64,000 nt of DNA from NCBI GenBank assembly GCA_903958045.1, contig CAJBRT010000083.1:7353-71352 (forward strand), given 5' to 3'. The DNA comes from an uncultured Bacteroidota bacterium. Lineage in GTDB: Bacteria; Bacteroidota; Bacteroidia; Chitinophagales; Chitinophagaceae. Below the pieces are notes generated by a model, which had not been told where the DNA came from, ran no database searches, and saw only the letters and a list, made by a program, of their open reading frames with translations. Positions within the stretch are counted from its first letter, which is position 1, and each line of letters begins with the position of its first letter. A program made the translations under genes and the position numbers. Of this stretch, positions 35,922-46,370 are shown piece after piece.

Positions 35922-36257
35922 ATGAAAAAATTTGTCCTTCTCCTTTTTCTGTTCGTAATTGCTGGCACTATTCAAGCGCAAAAAATATTTGCCGTCGACT
36001 ATGCATCACAAGCAGATGTAAAAGTTTTTGTTGTTAAATACGAAAGTCAGGCGGACTTAAAAGTATTCAAGGTTAAATATGAAAGTCAGGCTGGTGATAA
36101 TAACGGAAAATGGTTTTTTACATCTTTTGCTTCAAAATCAAAAAAGAAAATCTTTTTTGTTGAATACGAAAGTCAAGCAGACGTTAAAATCTTTTTTGTA
36201 GATTATGAAAGTCAGGCCGGCTGGCGTAATAGTGCCAAGCGTTATTTATTTTATTAA
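35922..36257 (+). CDS. Small secreted repeat protein (five 13-residue hydrophobic-x-Y-E-S-Q-A-D/G units)
   Basis: 111 aa. Signal peptide [20 protein letters not shown] followed by the repeats [13 protein letters not shown] / [13 protein letters not shown] / [11 protein letters not shown] / [13 protein letters not shown] / [11 protein letters not shown]. Confidence 0.7.
   Translation: MKKFVLLLFLFVIAGTIQAQKIFAVDYASQADVKVFVVKYESQADLKVFKVKYESQAGDNNGKWFFTSFASKSKKKIFFVEYESQADVKIFFVDYESQAGWRNSAKRYLFY
35985..36221 (+). repeat. In-frame 39-nt (13-codon) tandem coding repeats, with one spacer insertion
   Basis: Recurring TA(C/T)GAAAGTCA(G/A)GC(n)GA..AAA(G/A)T(n)TT units are visible in the DNA. Spacing is 13, 13, 29 and 13 codons. 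Confidence 0.7.
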
Positions 36258-36277
36258 CTCTTCATCAAATATCTCTT

Positions 36278-39200
36278 ATGTTTTCAAAGTATTTAGTGGG
36301 TGCATTGGCGTCTATCATTGCATGTACACCCCTCGTTCAAGCACAAAAAAAAGCGGTTTCAAAAGCGCCTGTTGTAACAAACGTTGAAGAAAATATAGTG
36401 CCTTCACACTTTAATAATTTATTGTGGCGAAATATTGGCCCACTGCGTGGCGGTAGATCTGTAACTGCAACAGGAGTAGTGCAAAATCAACTAACCTATT
36501 ACATGGGTACCACAGGTGGTGGTGTTTGGAAAACAGAAGATGCAGGACAAACATGGAATAATATATCTGATGGATTTTTTAAAACAGGAAGTGTAGGTGC
36601 AGTAGCTGTTGCAGAATCTGATCCAAATGTGGTATACGTTGGTATGGGAGAACATGCACCAAGAGGTGTGATGAGTTCTTATGGTGATGGTGTTTATAAG
36701 TCTACCGATGCTGGAAAAACATGGAAGCATATGGGGCTTGAATTAACGCGCCAAATATCTTGGATACGTATTGATCCTTCAAATCCTGATATCGTTTATG
36801 TTGCCGCACAAGGTGCAACACATGGCCCTTCTGCAGATCGTGGTGTTTATAAATCTGTGGATGGCGGCGCACACTGGAATAAAGTTTTATTTGTTGATAA
36901 TAACACGGGTTGTGCCGATTTAGCCATGGACATGAACAATCCACGTATTTTATATGCTGCTATGTGGGAATACCAAAGATTGCCATGGGAAATTAAAAGT
37001 GGGGGTCCGGGCAGTGGTTTGTATAAATCTACCGATGCAGGAGTTACGTGGAATAAAATTGAAAATGGACTCCCAGGTGAATTAGGTAAAATGAGTGTAT
37101 CAGTTTCGAGAGCTAATCCTGAAAAAGTATATGCATTAGTAGAAAGCGATACCGAAAATGAATTAGGCGGACTTTTTGTTTCTAACGATGCTGGAAAAAA
37201 CTGGAATAGAATAAGCAAAGACCACCGCTTAACACAGCGCGCTTGGTATTATATCGAAGTGTTTGCAGATCCACAAAATGAAAATGTGGTGTATGTATTA
37301 AATTCTCCAGGTTTAAGATCTAGTGATGGCGGAAAAACATGGAGCAATATGGGCGGCACGCATGGTGATTATCACCAACTTTGGATTCATCCAAAAAACA
37401 GTAGTAATATGATTGTTGCCAATGATGGTGGTGCTGCTGTAACATTTAATACCGGTAAAGTATGGTCTACCCAGGCTAACCAACCTACTTCACAAATTTA
37501 TCGTGTCAATGCCGATCATTTATTCCCGTATAATTTATACGGAGGTCAACAAGACAATAGTTCAATTAAAATGGCAAGCCGCGTAACCAATGGTTACCGC
37601 ATTTCTGATAAAGATTGGACAAGTACCGCGGGTGGCGAATCTGCCTTTGTTGCATTTGATCCTAACAATCCGGTAATTACCATGGGTGGGTCGTATCAGG
37701 GTACTATTGAAGCGTATAATAATGTTACGAAAGAAGGTGTGAATATTATGGAGCATCCGGTGCAGTACCAAGCACTTCAGCCAAAAGATATGAAGTACAG
37801 GTTCAATTGGAATGCCCCTATTGTGTATGATCCATTAGAACCAGGCGCTTATTACCATGCCGGTAATATTTTATTTAAAACCACTGATTTAGGTAAAACC
37901 TGGAAAGCGGTTTCTCCTGATTTAACAAAACACGATACCACTAAAATGGGTATTAGTGGTGTGCCTTATACCAATGAAGGGGCGGGTGGTGAAAACTACT
38001 GCACCATAAGTTATGTAGCATTGTCTGAAAATGAAAAAGGCGTTATTTATACTGGTAGTGATGATGGACTAGTATACTTAACAAAAGATGGTGGTAACAA
38101 TTGGACAAATATCACACCTAAAAATTTAGAGGAGTCTTTAATAAATGCTATTGAAGTTTCTAGCGTTAACAAGGGCACTGCATATATCGCCGTTAATAAA
38201 TATAAGGTGAATGATTTCACGCCTATTATTTATAAAACAAATGATTACGGTGTTAGCTGGAAGCAAATTTCAAATGGCATACCTTATGGCGCTTTTGTAA
38301 GAGTTGTAAGAGAAGACCCTTCGAATCCCCAAATTTTATATGCAGGTACAGAAACAGGATTTTATATTTCTTATAACTCCGGAGAAAATTGGAAGCAACT
38401 ACAATTAAATTTACCAGTGGTTCCCATTACGGATTTAAAAGTGCATGAAAATCATTTATTGGCTTCTACACAAGGGAGGGCTTTTTGGATTTTAGACGAT
38501 TTAGAACCAATTAGACAATACAGTAAAGATACGGCAGTTAGTAATTTATTTACTGTTAATAATGTACACCGCATTTCTGGTGGTAGTGTTTTAGATTACA
38601 GCAACTTAACAGATAAAAATGGTAAAGCTATAAACACACTAGGAGCTAATCAAGCAAGTGGCGCTGTTGTTTATTACACGGTACATGCAGCCGCTCCTGC
38701 AACTAAAAAAGCTAAACTTGTTTTTTCTGACGCTAATGGAAAAGTGGTTAGAACTTTTTACGCCAATGCGCCAACCAATAAAACGAGTAACAATAAAAAC
38801 GAAAACGATCCTGAAATGTTGGTAAGCGATGGCTTAAACCGTTTTGTTTGGGATTTACGCGAGGAGTCTATTGCATCTATTCCTGGTGTATTTATAGAAG
38901 GAAGTTATGATGGTGCGCGCGTGGTACCGGGTACTTATAAAGTAGCACTTCATTTAGATACACTTGTTTCTGAAAAAACATTTCAAGTGATGGCAGACCC
39001 TCGAATTAAAGCTACTGCTGCAGAATATGAGGCACAGGCCAATTTATTACACAATATTGCCACAGATGTAAATGATATTCATGTGGCGGTTGTACGTATG
39101 CGTAGTGTTCAAAAGCAATTGAATGCTATAGTAGACAGAACCGAAAATGATGAAGTCTACAAAAGCATTGTAGCGCTTGCGGACTCCATCAATACCAAAA

Positions 39201-39481
39201 TAGATGAATGGGAAGAAAAGCTTATACAAACAAAGTCTGAATCAAATGATGATGTTATCAATTTTGTAAATAAACTAAGCGCAAATTATATCTTTTTAAG
39301 AGGCGAATTAGATACCAATACCCCTCATGTTACGTCAGGCCATTTAAATAGATTCAAGGAACTACGTGATGAGTGGTATATATACAAAGCACAATTCAAT
39401 AGCCTTATTGAAAAAGATATTAAAAACTTTAATGAAAAGTGCAAAGCATTGCAATTACCGCATGCTTCCCTTATTGATTAA
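36278..39481 (+). CDS. BNR/Asp-box repeat, sortilin(VPS10)-like secreted glycosidase-like protein (intact paralog)
   Basis: 1067 aa with a signal peptide. Many Asp-boxes ([79 protein letters not shown]) and a coiled-coil C-terminus. Confidence 0.85.
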   Translation: MFSKYLVGALASIIACTPLVQAQKKAVSKAPVVTNVEENIVPSHFNNLLWRNIGPLRGGRSVTATGVVQNQLTYYMGTTGGGVWKTEDAGQTWNNISDGFFKTGSVGAVAVAESDPNVVYVGMGEHAPRGVMSSYGDGVYKSTDAGKTWKHMGLELTRQISWIRIDPSNPDIVYVAAQGATHGPSADRGVYKSVDGGAHWNKVLFVDNNTGCADLAMDMNNPRILYAAMWEYQRLPWEIKSGGPGSGLYKSTDAGVTWNKIENGLPGELGKMSVSVSRANPEKVYALVESDTENELGGLFVSNDAGKNWNRISKDHRLTQRAWYYIEVFADPQNENVVYVLNSPGLRSSDGGKTWSNMGGTHGDYHQLWIHPKNSSNMIVANDGGAAVTFNTGKVWSTQANQPTSQIYRVNADHLFPYNLYGGQQDNSSIKMASRVTNGYRISDKDWTSTAGGESAFVAFDPNNPVITMGGSYQGTIEAYNNVTKEGVNIMEHPVQYQALQPKDMKYRFNWNAPIVYDPLEPGAYYHAGNILFKTTDLGKTWKAVSPDLTKHDTTKMGISGVPYTNEGAGGENYCTISYVALSENEKGVIYTGSDDGLVYLTKDGGNNWTNITPKNLEESLINAIEVSSVNKGTAYIAVNKYKVNDFTPIIYKTNDYGVSWKQISNGIPYGAFVRVVREDPSNPQILYAGTETGFYISYNSGENWKQLQLNLPVVPITDLKVHENHLLASTQGRAFWILDDLEPIRQYSKDTAVSNLFTVNNVHRISGGSVLDYSNLTDKNGKAINTLGANQASGAVVYYTVHAAAPATKKAKLVFSDANGKVVRTFYANAPTNKTSNNKNENDPEMLVSDGLNRFVWDLREESIASIPGVFIEGSYDGARVVPGTYKVALHLDTLVSEKTFQVMADPRIKATAAEYEAQANLLHNIATDVNDIHVAVVRMRSVQKQLNAIVDRTENDEVYKSIVALADSINTKIDEWEEKLIQTKSESNDDVINFVNKLSANYIFLRGELDTNTPHVTSGHLNRFKELRDEWYIYKAQFNSLIEKDIKNFNEKCKALQLPHASLID

Positions 39482-40856
39482 TGGTGCCACTAGCCCATTT
39501 AAGGCCGTAATAAGATTTTACAATTTTGAACTGCAGAGAAATAAGTTTCTCTGCAGTTTCAATCACTTTATTTTCCCTTGCGTTTACGACAAACAAGTTA
39601 CTATCTCCATTGTAAAACTTGATGAGCTCACCCCTCAGTAATGAATTGGTATTATTATTGATGACGAAAAGTGTTTCCAATTGATTTTTTAGGAAAAAGT
39701 TTTCGTTGCTGTAGGTTTTAACCTTGTTTTGAACCTCTATTTTTTTAGCCGCAAAAGCTAAATTTGTTTCGTCAATTTTCAGTTTTGCTTTTCTATATTC
39801 TCCCCGACCTTCTCTTAAAAATAAAGGCATTTTAAAATCTACACCAAACTTGTAGTTGTTCTGATATAACTGTGCGCCCGCATTTTTAAATACGTTGTAG
39901 TTCTGATTTAAAATGTTGGTTTTTACATCTAACATGGGAAGTAGCGATTGAAATTTTAATTTCTTATCAATGAGTAAATTATTGATTTTATACTCATAAG
40001 CACGCACTTCTGGGTTTTGGAGTATGGATAAACTAATTAAGTCGCCAATAGTGTTTTCTATAGAGATTTGTTTACTATCTAATGTGTCAGGAAGTATAGT
40101 TGGGCTTAGCTGTAAAGCACTATCCTGATTGTCCCATAAATAATAGGATAGTTCTATACCTGCGTTGGTAAAAAGCAAATCAGCATCGTTTTCTAAAATT
40201 TTTAATTGCTGTAATTGTGTAAGTGCTTCTAGGGTATCTAGTGAAGCTCTTTCCCCATTATTGAACGCAATTTTAGTGATGTTAAATCTATTACTTGAAG
40301 TGACTACATATTGATTGTACAGTTTAAGCAGCTGGTATTGGGCAGCCCATTTCCAGTACTGTACACTAGCATCTAATAAGAGGTTGTTGACAATTGACTG
40401 TTTTTCTTGTTCGCTGGCAAGTATTAAATTTTTAGCTTGCAATACTGCTGCTCTGCGTTTATCAATCACTAAATTCTTAATGACTGGAACACTTATGCCC
40501 AAGTAGCTACTTTGTCCTTTGGATACTTCACTATTTAAAAATTGTCCTCTATTACTTTCAATACCTGTACTAATATCAATACCAGTCCATGTTGGAATTT
40601 TTAATTCCGTGTTTTGGTAATTGAAATAATTTTTGCCATCAAATGTTTTCATGTCAGCATTAAAACCAATAGTAGGGTCAAAGTTTGACCGAGCAATCAT
40701 GGCATCGGCGTTCGCTTTATCAACAATAATCTTTGCTTGTTTGCTAAGGGGATGATTTTTTTTAACCTGATCTATGAATTCAGTATAGGTAAGCTGTTGA
40801 CTAAATCCCTTTGTGCATATCAATAGGAGTACTAATATTTGCTTTAGATACCTCAT
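39471..40856 (-). CDS. TolC-family outer-membrane efflux protein
   Basis: 461 aa with a signal peptide and two OEP-type repeats. Last gene of the ABC-HlyD-TolC unit; its start overlaps the HlyD stop by 1 nt. Confidence 0.8.
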   Translation of the reverse strand: MRYLKQILVLLLICTKGFSQQLTYTEFIDQVKKNHPLSKQAKIIVDKANADAMIARSNFDPTIGFNADMKTFDGKNYFNYQNTELKIPTWTGIDISTGIESNRGQFLNSEVSKGQSSYLGISVPVIKNLVIDKRRAAVLQAKNLILASEQEKQSIVNNLLLDASVQYWKWAAQYQLLKLYNQYVVTSSNRFNITKIAFNNGERASLDTLEALTQLQQLKILENDADLLFTNAGIELSYYLWDNQDSALQLSPTILPDTLDSKQISIENTIGDLISLSILQNPEVRAYEYKINNLLIDKKLKFQSLLPMLDVKTNILNQNYNVFKNAGAQLYQNNYKFGVDFKMPLFLREGRGEYRKAKLKIDETNLAFAAKKIEVQNKVKTYSNENFFLKNQLETLFVINNNTNSLLRGELIKFYNGDSNLFVVNARENKVIETAEKLISLQFKIVKSYYGLKWASGTINQ

Positions 40857-42145
40857 TATTTTGTTGTTTCAACTTTTGCTTGATAATATTCTGGTGGAAA
40901 TCCGTTTATATTTCTCCAAAGTTCATAACCAATGCTAACATCTTTTAAAAGGGCTATTCCATTGGCACCACCACCAAATTTTAATTGTTTTGGCCAAGGC
41001 TTATCGGAACTATCTTCGGAAACTAAAACTCTAAATTTTCCATTTTCGCTGATACCATTTTCGATTACAGTAATAACCCCGCCAAAGGTACCATATGAAC
41101 TATTGGGCCATCCGCTAAATACGATAGCAGGAAAACCATCAAAAATAAATCTTACTTTTTGACCCTTGCTAATGAGGGGTAAGTCCATGGGTTCAACAAA
41201 TAGCTCTACGGCGTATTTGATGTCTTTAGGAACAATTTCTACAATCATTTCACCCTCTTTTACATATTCCCCAATACCCGCTTTTTTTGCTTTTGTAATT
41301 TGTCCGGTTTGAGGTGCAATAATGTAGTAGAGTTTATTTCTCACGTCATAATTAGCATAGTTATTTTCAAGTTTTGCTATATCACCCATGCCAATAGCCT
41401 GGTCTGCACTTGCAGTGTATTTATCGCCAGTAACTTTTGCAATTTTATCATTGTAGTCTTGTAAAATACTACTTTGCTCAAACAATAAAGCAAGGGTTTC
41501 TTGTTTGGATTGTGCATACTTATTTTCTGCGGCTGTTTTTTTAGCAAAAGCGTTTTGATAATTCACTTTTCTTCTTTCAAAATCTACTAATGAAATTACA
41601 CCACTATCCAACATGTTTTTAGCAGCATCAATTTGTCTTTTTGTGACCTGCAATTCATTGATTTGAGCTACCAATTCCATGCTATCTGAAATTAGTTTTA
41701 ATTGTAGTTGCTGTTGTTTGATTTTAAGTTGGTCCAGTTTAATGAGCTGAAGTTCTCCTAAGGCCCGCTCCTGTTTACCTGCCATTTCACCTTTTCTGGT
41801 GTAACCTTCAATGGCGGCAGCTTTGGCTTGAATTTGCGCCCTGGTTTTTTCTAATAACTGCGGATCTAAGTATTCTACTTTTACCTCGCTTAATTGCATG
41901 ATGGTATCGCCCGCCTTAATAGCATCCCCTTCTCTTACCCACCATTTTACTACTTTACCAGCAATAATGGTATTCACTTCTTGTCTTCTTTGCTCCTGTT
42001 TTAATGTGGTGATACTACCTTTAGCCCTAATATTTTGAGTCCACGGCAAAAACAAAATCACCACCATAACAATTAGTAGAATAACAAATACCCGAGTTAT
42101 TCTATTTTCTTTCTCTATTTGATAAATATTTTTATACGCCTTCAT
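40856..42145 (-). CDS. HlyD-family membrane fusion (periplasmic adaptor) protein
   Basis: 429 aa. N-terminal TM segment, lipoyl-like motif (VREGDAIKAGDTIMQL / VKEGEMIVEIVP), and a long coiled-coil hairpin. Confidence 0.85.
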   Translation of the reverse strand: MKAYKNIYQIEKENRITRVFVILLIVMVVILFLPWTQNIRAKGSITTLKQEQRRQEVNTIIAGKVVKWWVREGDAIKAGDTIMQLSEVKVEYLDPQLLEKTRAQIQAKAAAIEGYTRKGEMAGKQERALGELQLIKLDQLKIKQQQLQLKLISDSMELVAQINELQVTKRQIDAAKNMLDSGVISLVDFERRKVNYQNAFAKKTAAENKYAQSKQETLALLFEQSSILQDYNDKIAKVTGDKYTASADQAIGMGDIAKLENNYANYDVRNKLYYIIAPQTGQITKAKKAGIGEYVKEGEMIVEIVPKDIKYAVELFVEPMDLPLISKGQKVRFIFDGFPAIVFSGWPNSSYGTFGGVITVIENGISENGKFRVLVSEDSSDKPWPKQLKFGGGANGIALLKDVSIGYELWRNINGFPPEYYQAKVETTK

Positions 42146-42147
42146 TC

Positions 42148-43830
42148 TTATTTATTTTTACTTTGAAATGAAACCACCGATCCATTTTCTAGATAAATAA
42201 TTTTATCAAAGATTTCTTGATGTGTATTCGTTCCGGCTGTTACAAGCATGGTCACATTTTCCAATTTCGCCATCATTTCTTTTACAGATTCAATAGTGTT
42301 TACTTCTAAACCATCAAACGGATTTTCTAATAGTAACAATGTTTTTCTACAAAACAGCGCTCTTGCTAATAGTATTCCTTGTTTGATTTTTACAGGAAGT
42401 TTTTTCCCCGCTGGATCAATGTCGGTGTCAAAACCAATTTCTAGTTCGCCAATAAATGATTCCAATCCAGTAGATTTTGTAAGTTGATACAACTCTTCAT
42501 TGCTGATATTTTTATCTCCCATCGTGATATTGTCTCTAATCGTACCTTGGAAAATATCTTGTTGACTGATTAGCACCCCGGTACTAGATCTCAGTGAGTC
42601 AATGGAATAGCTACCTAAGGCTATATTGTTGATTCTGATGGCACCTGAAAAATTAGTAAACGTGCCAGTAAGTAGGCGTAATAAAGTTGATTTTCCTGAT
42701 CCAGAATTACCAACAATCAATACCTTTTCTCCAGGTTGTACCTCTAAATTAATTTCAGATAATACATTTTTGCCATTTGGATAATTGAATGAAACATTTT
42801 TAAAATCTATTTTCATCCCATTTGATCCAGCTATTATATCAGTTCCAGCACTTTCTAATTCGGCACTTTTTATTTTATCTAATTTTTCAATGGCAGTTAA
42901 AGTGTCGTATGCTTTGTCTAGTGTTAAAATTAATTTTTCTACTGAATTGATAACTGCTAGAATTACGATATCCGCTGCAATAAATTGTCCAATATTGATT
43001 TGCTGATTGAGTAACAAATAAACACCCACAATTAACATAGCTGCCGTAATGATAATTTTAAAGGCTACAAGACTCCAAAACTGTGTCAATAAAATTTTGA
43101 AATAACTAGTGCGTGCAATTAAATAGTTGCTAACTAAATCATCTGTTTTATCGATATGTAAAGATGTTTTTTTAGCGTACTTAAATGTTTTGACAACCCT
43201 CGCCAATTCTTGTAACCAGGCGGCAGTTTTATATTTATAGTCGCTAGCTAGTAAGTTTTTGGTAAAACCTTTAGGTAGTGTTGTTGCAAGTATAACATAC
43301 AAAAGCACAACTAGCACAATACCAAAGGCAATAAACACTGGGTGGTAGAGTGATAGTAAAATGATACCAAACAAAATTTGAATAAAAGCCGCAGGAATTT
43401 CTAGTAAAATCTTTTCAATACCCTTTTGTAAAGTAATGGTATCAAAAAACCTATTAACAAGTTCTGGCAAATAATAGTTGTCTAGCTTTTCAATATTCAA
43501 ATGCGGAATTTTGTGCGCAAAGCTTAAAGCATCCCTGGTATAAATCTTTTGTTTGATTTTTTCAATAATTTGGAGTTGTCTGATTTGAAAAAGGCCATTT
43601 AAAAAAACGCCTAATACAACAACAGCAATAAGCACAACAATCGAAGTGGATAGCGCACCTGCCATTACAAATCCAATAATACTTTGTATGCCAAGGGGTG
43701 TAACAAGCTGAACTAGTCCAGCAAGTATGGCATAAATATAAATTGCTGACACTTCTTTTTTGTCTAGCTGTAAGATGGCTACTAATTTTCTAGCAGCTAC
43801 AATGGGTGTAATTTTTTTATAAGTCATCAT
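42148..43830 (-). CDS. ABC exporter (fused TMD-NBD, HlyB-like without C39/CLD domain) with a degenerate nucleotide-binding domain
   Basis: 560 aa with a 6-TM exporter domain and Walker A GNSGSGKST. The signature reads LPVKI (expected LSGGQ), Walker B reads LLLLEN (expected hhhhDE), and the H-loop reads VTAGT (no His). Confidence 0.8.
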   Translation of the reverse strand: MMTYKKITPIVAARKLVAILQLDKKEVSAIYIYAILAGLVQLVTPLGIQSIIGFVMAGALSTSIVVLIAVVVLGVFLNGLFQIRQLQIIEKIKQKIYTRDALSFAHKIPHLNIEKLDNYYLPELVNRFFDTITLQKGIEKILLEIPAAFIQILFGIILLSLYHPVFIAFGIVLVVLLYVILATTLPKGFTKNLLASDYKYKTAAWLQELARVVKTFKYAKKTSLHIDKTDDLVSNYLIARTSYFKILLTQFWSLVAFKIIITAAMLIVGVYLLLNQQINIGQFIAADIVILAVINSVEKLILTLDKAYDTLTAIEKLDKIKSAELESAGTDIIAGSNGMKIDFKNVSFNYPNGKNVLSEINLEVQPGEKVLIVGNSGSGKSTLLRLLTGTFTNFSGAIRINNIALGSYSIDSLRSSTGVLISQQDIFQGTIRDNITMGDKNISNEELYQLTKSTGLESFIGELEIGFDTDIDPAGKKLPVKIKQGILLARALFCRKTLLLLENPFDGLEVNTIESVKEMMAKLENVTMLVTAGTNTHQEIFDKIIYLENGSVVSFQSKNK

Positions 43831-44452
43831 ATTTATATAAAGGGTCTATTTCTGAACATGCTTCCATTTCAAACACGGGCTTGATAATACCATCTTTTAA
43901 ACCGTATACCCAACCATGAAGGTGAGGCCTTTGTTCATTTTGCCAAGCTTTTTGTATAATAGAAGTTTTAGATAATTGTAAAACCTGTTCTTGTACATTT
44001 AATTCTACTAGACGGTCAAACTTGCGCTCTTCATTGGTATGTGTATCAAGTTCTGTTTTATGAAACCTGTAAACATCTTTTATATTTTTAAGCCACATGT
44101 TTAATATTTTATTGTAGCTATGGTTAGACATGGCTGCTTTAACACCTCCGCAACCATAGTGTCCGCATACAATTACATGCTTAACTTTTAAATAGGTTAC
44201 TGCATAATCTAGTACACTTAATAAATTAACATCGGTATGTACTACCATGTTGGCAATGTTTCTGTGCACAAAAATTTCACCGGGCTGGGTATTTGTGATT
44301 TCGTTGGCTGGCACACGACTATCGCTACAACCAATCCATAAAAAATCAGGCGTTTGAATTTCAGAAAGCCTGGAAAAAAATCCAGGGTCATCAAGTTTAC
44401 GTTCTTCTGCCCAAGCCTTATTTTCTAAAAGTAGTTTTTCGTAGATTTTCAT
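43817..44452 (-). CDS. Beta-class carbonic anhydrase
   Basis: 211 aa with zinc-ligand motifs GCSDSRVP and VCGHYGCGG. Its start overlaps the SulP stop (ATGA). Confidence 0.9.
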   Translation of the reverse strand: MKIYEKLLLENKAWAEERKLDDPGFFSRLSEIQTPDFLWIGCSDSRVPANEITNTQPGEIFVHRNIANMVVHTDVNLLSVLDYAVTYLKVKHVIVCGHYGCGGVKAAMSNHSYNKILNMWLKNIKDVYRFHKTELDTHTNEERKFDRLVELNVQEQVLQLSKTSIIQKAWQNEQRPHLHGWVYGLKDGIIKPVFEMEACSEIDPLYKYDDL

Positions 44453-46005
44453 TTTTTTGTATAATTTATGAGCAAATGATTGGGATTGTATTCGTGTAAA
44501 CTAAACGATACCGAAATATTTTTTAAATGAACGTGACATAAAAAGTCATTTATTTCATCTATTACATCTTTGTCAATAAAGTCTGCTTTTTTAACATCAA
44601 TTAAGACGTAAGAGTTGTTAGGTAGCGACTCTAATTTTTGCTTGATAATAGCTTTATTTAAAAACGTGATATCTTTTCTAAATCTGATGAGGTATTGATT
44701 GTTGTCTTGTATCATTAATATGGCAGATTTAAAATTCCCGCGAATAATAAAAATGACACTTACAATAATGCCAATTGCGATACCAAACAATAAATTGCTA
44801 AATAAAATGGCAATGATCGTAACCAAAAAAGGAATAAACTGATTGAACCCTTTTTTAAACATTTCTTTAAATAAATTAATTCTCGCTATTTTGTAACCCG
44901 TAACAATAAGTATTGCAGCGATTGCACTTAAAGGAATTTTATTGAGTATAAATGGAATGAATGCTGCACATACGAGTATGAGCGCACCATGAAATATAGT
45001 AGACTGTTTTGTTTTACCGCCTGCACTAACATTAGCAGAGCTTCTTACAATAACCGAAGTGATGGGAAGCCCACCAATTAGACCTGATAAAATATTGCCT
45101 ATTCCTTGTGCCTTTAACTCTTGATTAGATGGCGTTACTCTTTTTAAAGGATCTAATTTATCGATAGCCTCAATCCCTAAAAGTGTTTCAAGCGAAGCAA
45201 TCACTGCTAGCATAAATCCAGCAAGCCAAACCTCATGGTTACCAATTTCATGAAAGTTAGGAAATGTAAAAAATGATAAAAAATCTTGCATAGTATTAGC
45301 AACAGGTAGCGATACCAAATGTTTTTGTTCAAGTGGTGCCATCTGTAATATATCTGAACCATAGGTGTTAAGCAAAACTGCTAAGAGTACAACAACGAGT
45401 GGCCCTGGTACATAATGAATCCATTTACTACTCTTGTAATTGAACTGCTCCCAAAGTATCAATAAAATTAAAGACACTATACCAATAAGTACAGACATGG
45501 GTGTCAAAAACTCTACCGCTGTTAAAATAGTTGTGATGGTATTGTTGTGATCATCTTGTAAAAAAGATTCGTCTCCTTCAAAATCTGCATCATAGCCTAG
45601 TAAATGCGGAATTTGTTTCATCATTAAAATAATTCCAATAGCGGCAACCATTCCTTTAATCACAGCATTGGGAATATAGTCTCCCACAATCCCACCTTTT
45701 AAAAAGGCAAATAAAATTTGAAAAGCTCCAGCAATTAAAACAGCCAATAAAAATGTTTCAAAACTTCCTAATTTAATAAGCATGGCAGATACCACAAATG
45801 TTAAACTAGCTGCGGGTCCAGAAACACTTAACTGTGATCCGCTTAATTGTCCAACTACAATTCCTCCAATGATACCTGCAATAATGCCTGAAAAAATTGG
45901 TGTTCCAGATGCAAGCGCAATGCCAACACAAAGTGGTAGTGCTACAAGTAGTACTACAATGGATGCAGAAAGGTTGTCACCTAGGTGCGTATATAATTTT
46001 TTCAT
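44449..46005 (-). CDS. SulP-family inorganic anion (bicarbonate/sulfate) transporter with C-terminal STAS domain
   Basis: 518 aa. Multi-TM SulP core (GDYIPNAVIKGM, QGIGNILSGLIGGLPITSVIVRSSANV) plus a STAS-like tail. Confidence 0.85.
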   Translation of the reverse strand: MKKLYTHLGDNLSASIVVLLVALPLCVGIALASGTPIFSGIIAGIIGGIVVGQLSGSQLSVSGPAASLTFVVSAMLIKLGSFETFLLAVLIAGAFQILFAFLKGGIVGDYIPNAVIKGMVAAIGIILMMKQIPHLLGYDADFEGDESFLQDDHNNTITTILTAVEFLTPMSVLIGIVSLILLILWEQFNYKSSKWIHYVPGPLVVVLLAVLLNTYGSDILQMAPLEQKHLVSLPVANTMQDFLSFFTFPNFHEIGNHEVWLAGFMLAVIASLETLLGIEAIDKLDPLKRVTPSNQELKAQGIGNILSGLIGGLPITSVIVRSSANVSAGGKTKQSTIFHGALILVCAAFIPFILNKIPLSAIAAILIVTGYKIARINLFKEMFKKGFNQFIPFLVTIIAILFSNLLFGIAIGIIVSVIFIIRGNFKSAILMIQDNNQYLIRFRKDITFLNKAIIKQKLESLPNNSYVLIDVKKADFIDKDVIDEINDFLCHVHLKNISVSFSLHEYNPNHLLINYTKK

Positions 46006-46064
46006 TTATTGTATTTGATAAAACCCAAATTAATCTAGTTGAACTAGTAGATATGCGAAAGTGC

Positions 46065-46370
46065 TTATGCAAATAATTTGTTGGGCGGCGGGACGGGTAC
46101 ATCGCTAATATGATGTACGGGTAAGCTGGTTTGAAATGCAGCGTATGCAGTTGTTAAACTGTTTTGTAAGTTAACTTGGTAATGGACTTCTTGATCTTGG
46201 TTGTCAACGAATGAATCGTTGCATTTACTCAATTCTTTAATGCTTGCGCCAGAACAATTAATTTCTTCATTTAGCTGGTTGTCAAATAGGATTTCACCTA
46301 TTTCACGAACGGGTAACACCTGTATCAGGAGCACCCCCAGTAAAATGATATTTATAAAAGTTCTTTTCAT
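46065..46370 (-). CDS. Small hypothetical protein with N-terminal hydrophobic signal/anchor
   Basis: About 101 aa from MKRTFINIILLGVLLIQVLPV. I recognise no motif. It lies 59 nt upstream of the SulP operon on the same strand. Confidence 0.45.
   Translation of the reverse strand: MKRTFINIILLGVLLIQVLPVREIGEILFDNQLNEEINCSGASIKELSKCNDSFVDNQDQEVHYQVNLQNSLTTAYAAFQTSLPVHHISDVPVPPPNKLFA

Noticed and set aside
36205-36387. 60-aa ORF bridging the repeat-protein gene and the sortilin-like gene.
   Set aside because: It overlaps both better-supported genes in a different frame and has no motifs.
46035-46047. Palindrome CTAGTTGAACTAG between the small ORF and the SulP start.
   Set aside because: A 6-1-6 palindrome is expected many times by chance in 64 kb (roughly 64000/4096 per spacer length). 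There is no adjacent regulator gene to motivate an operator.
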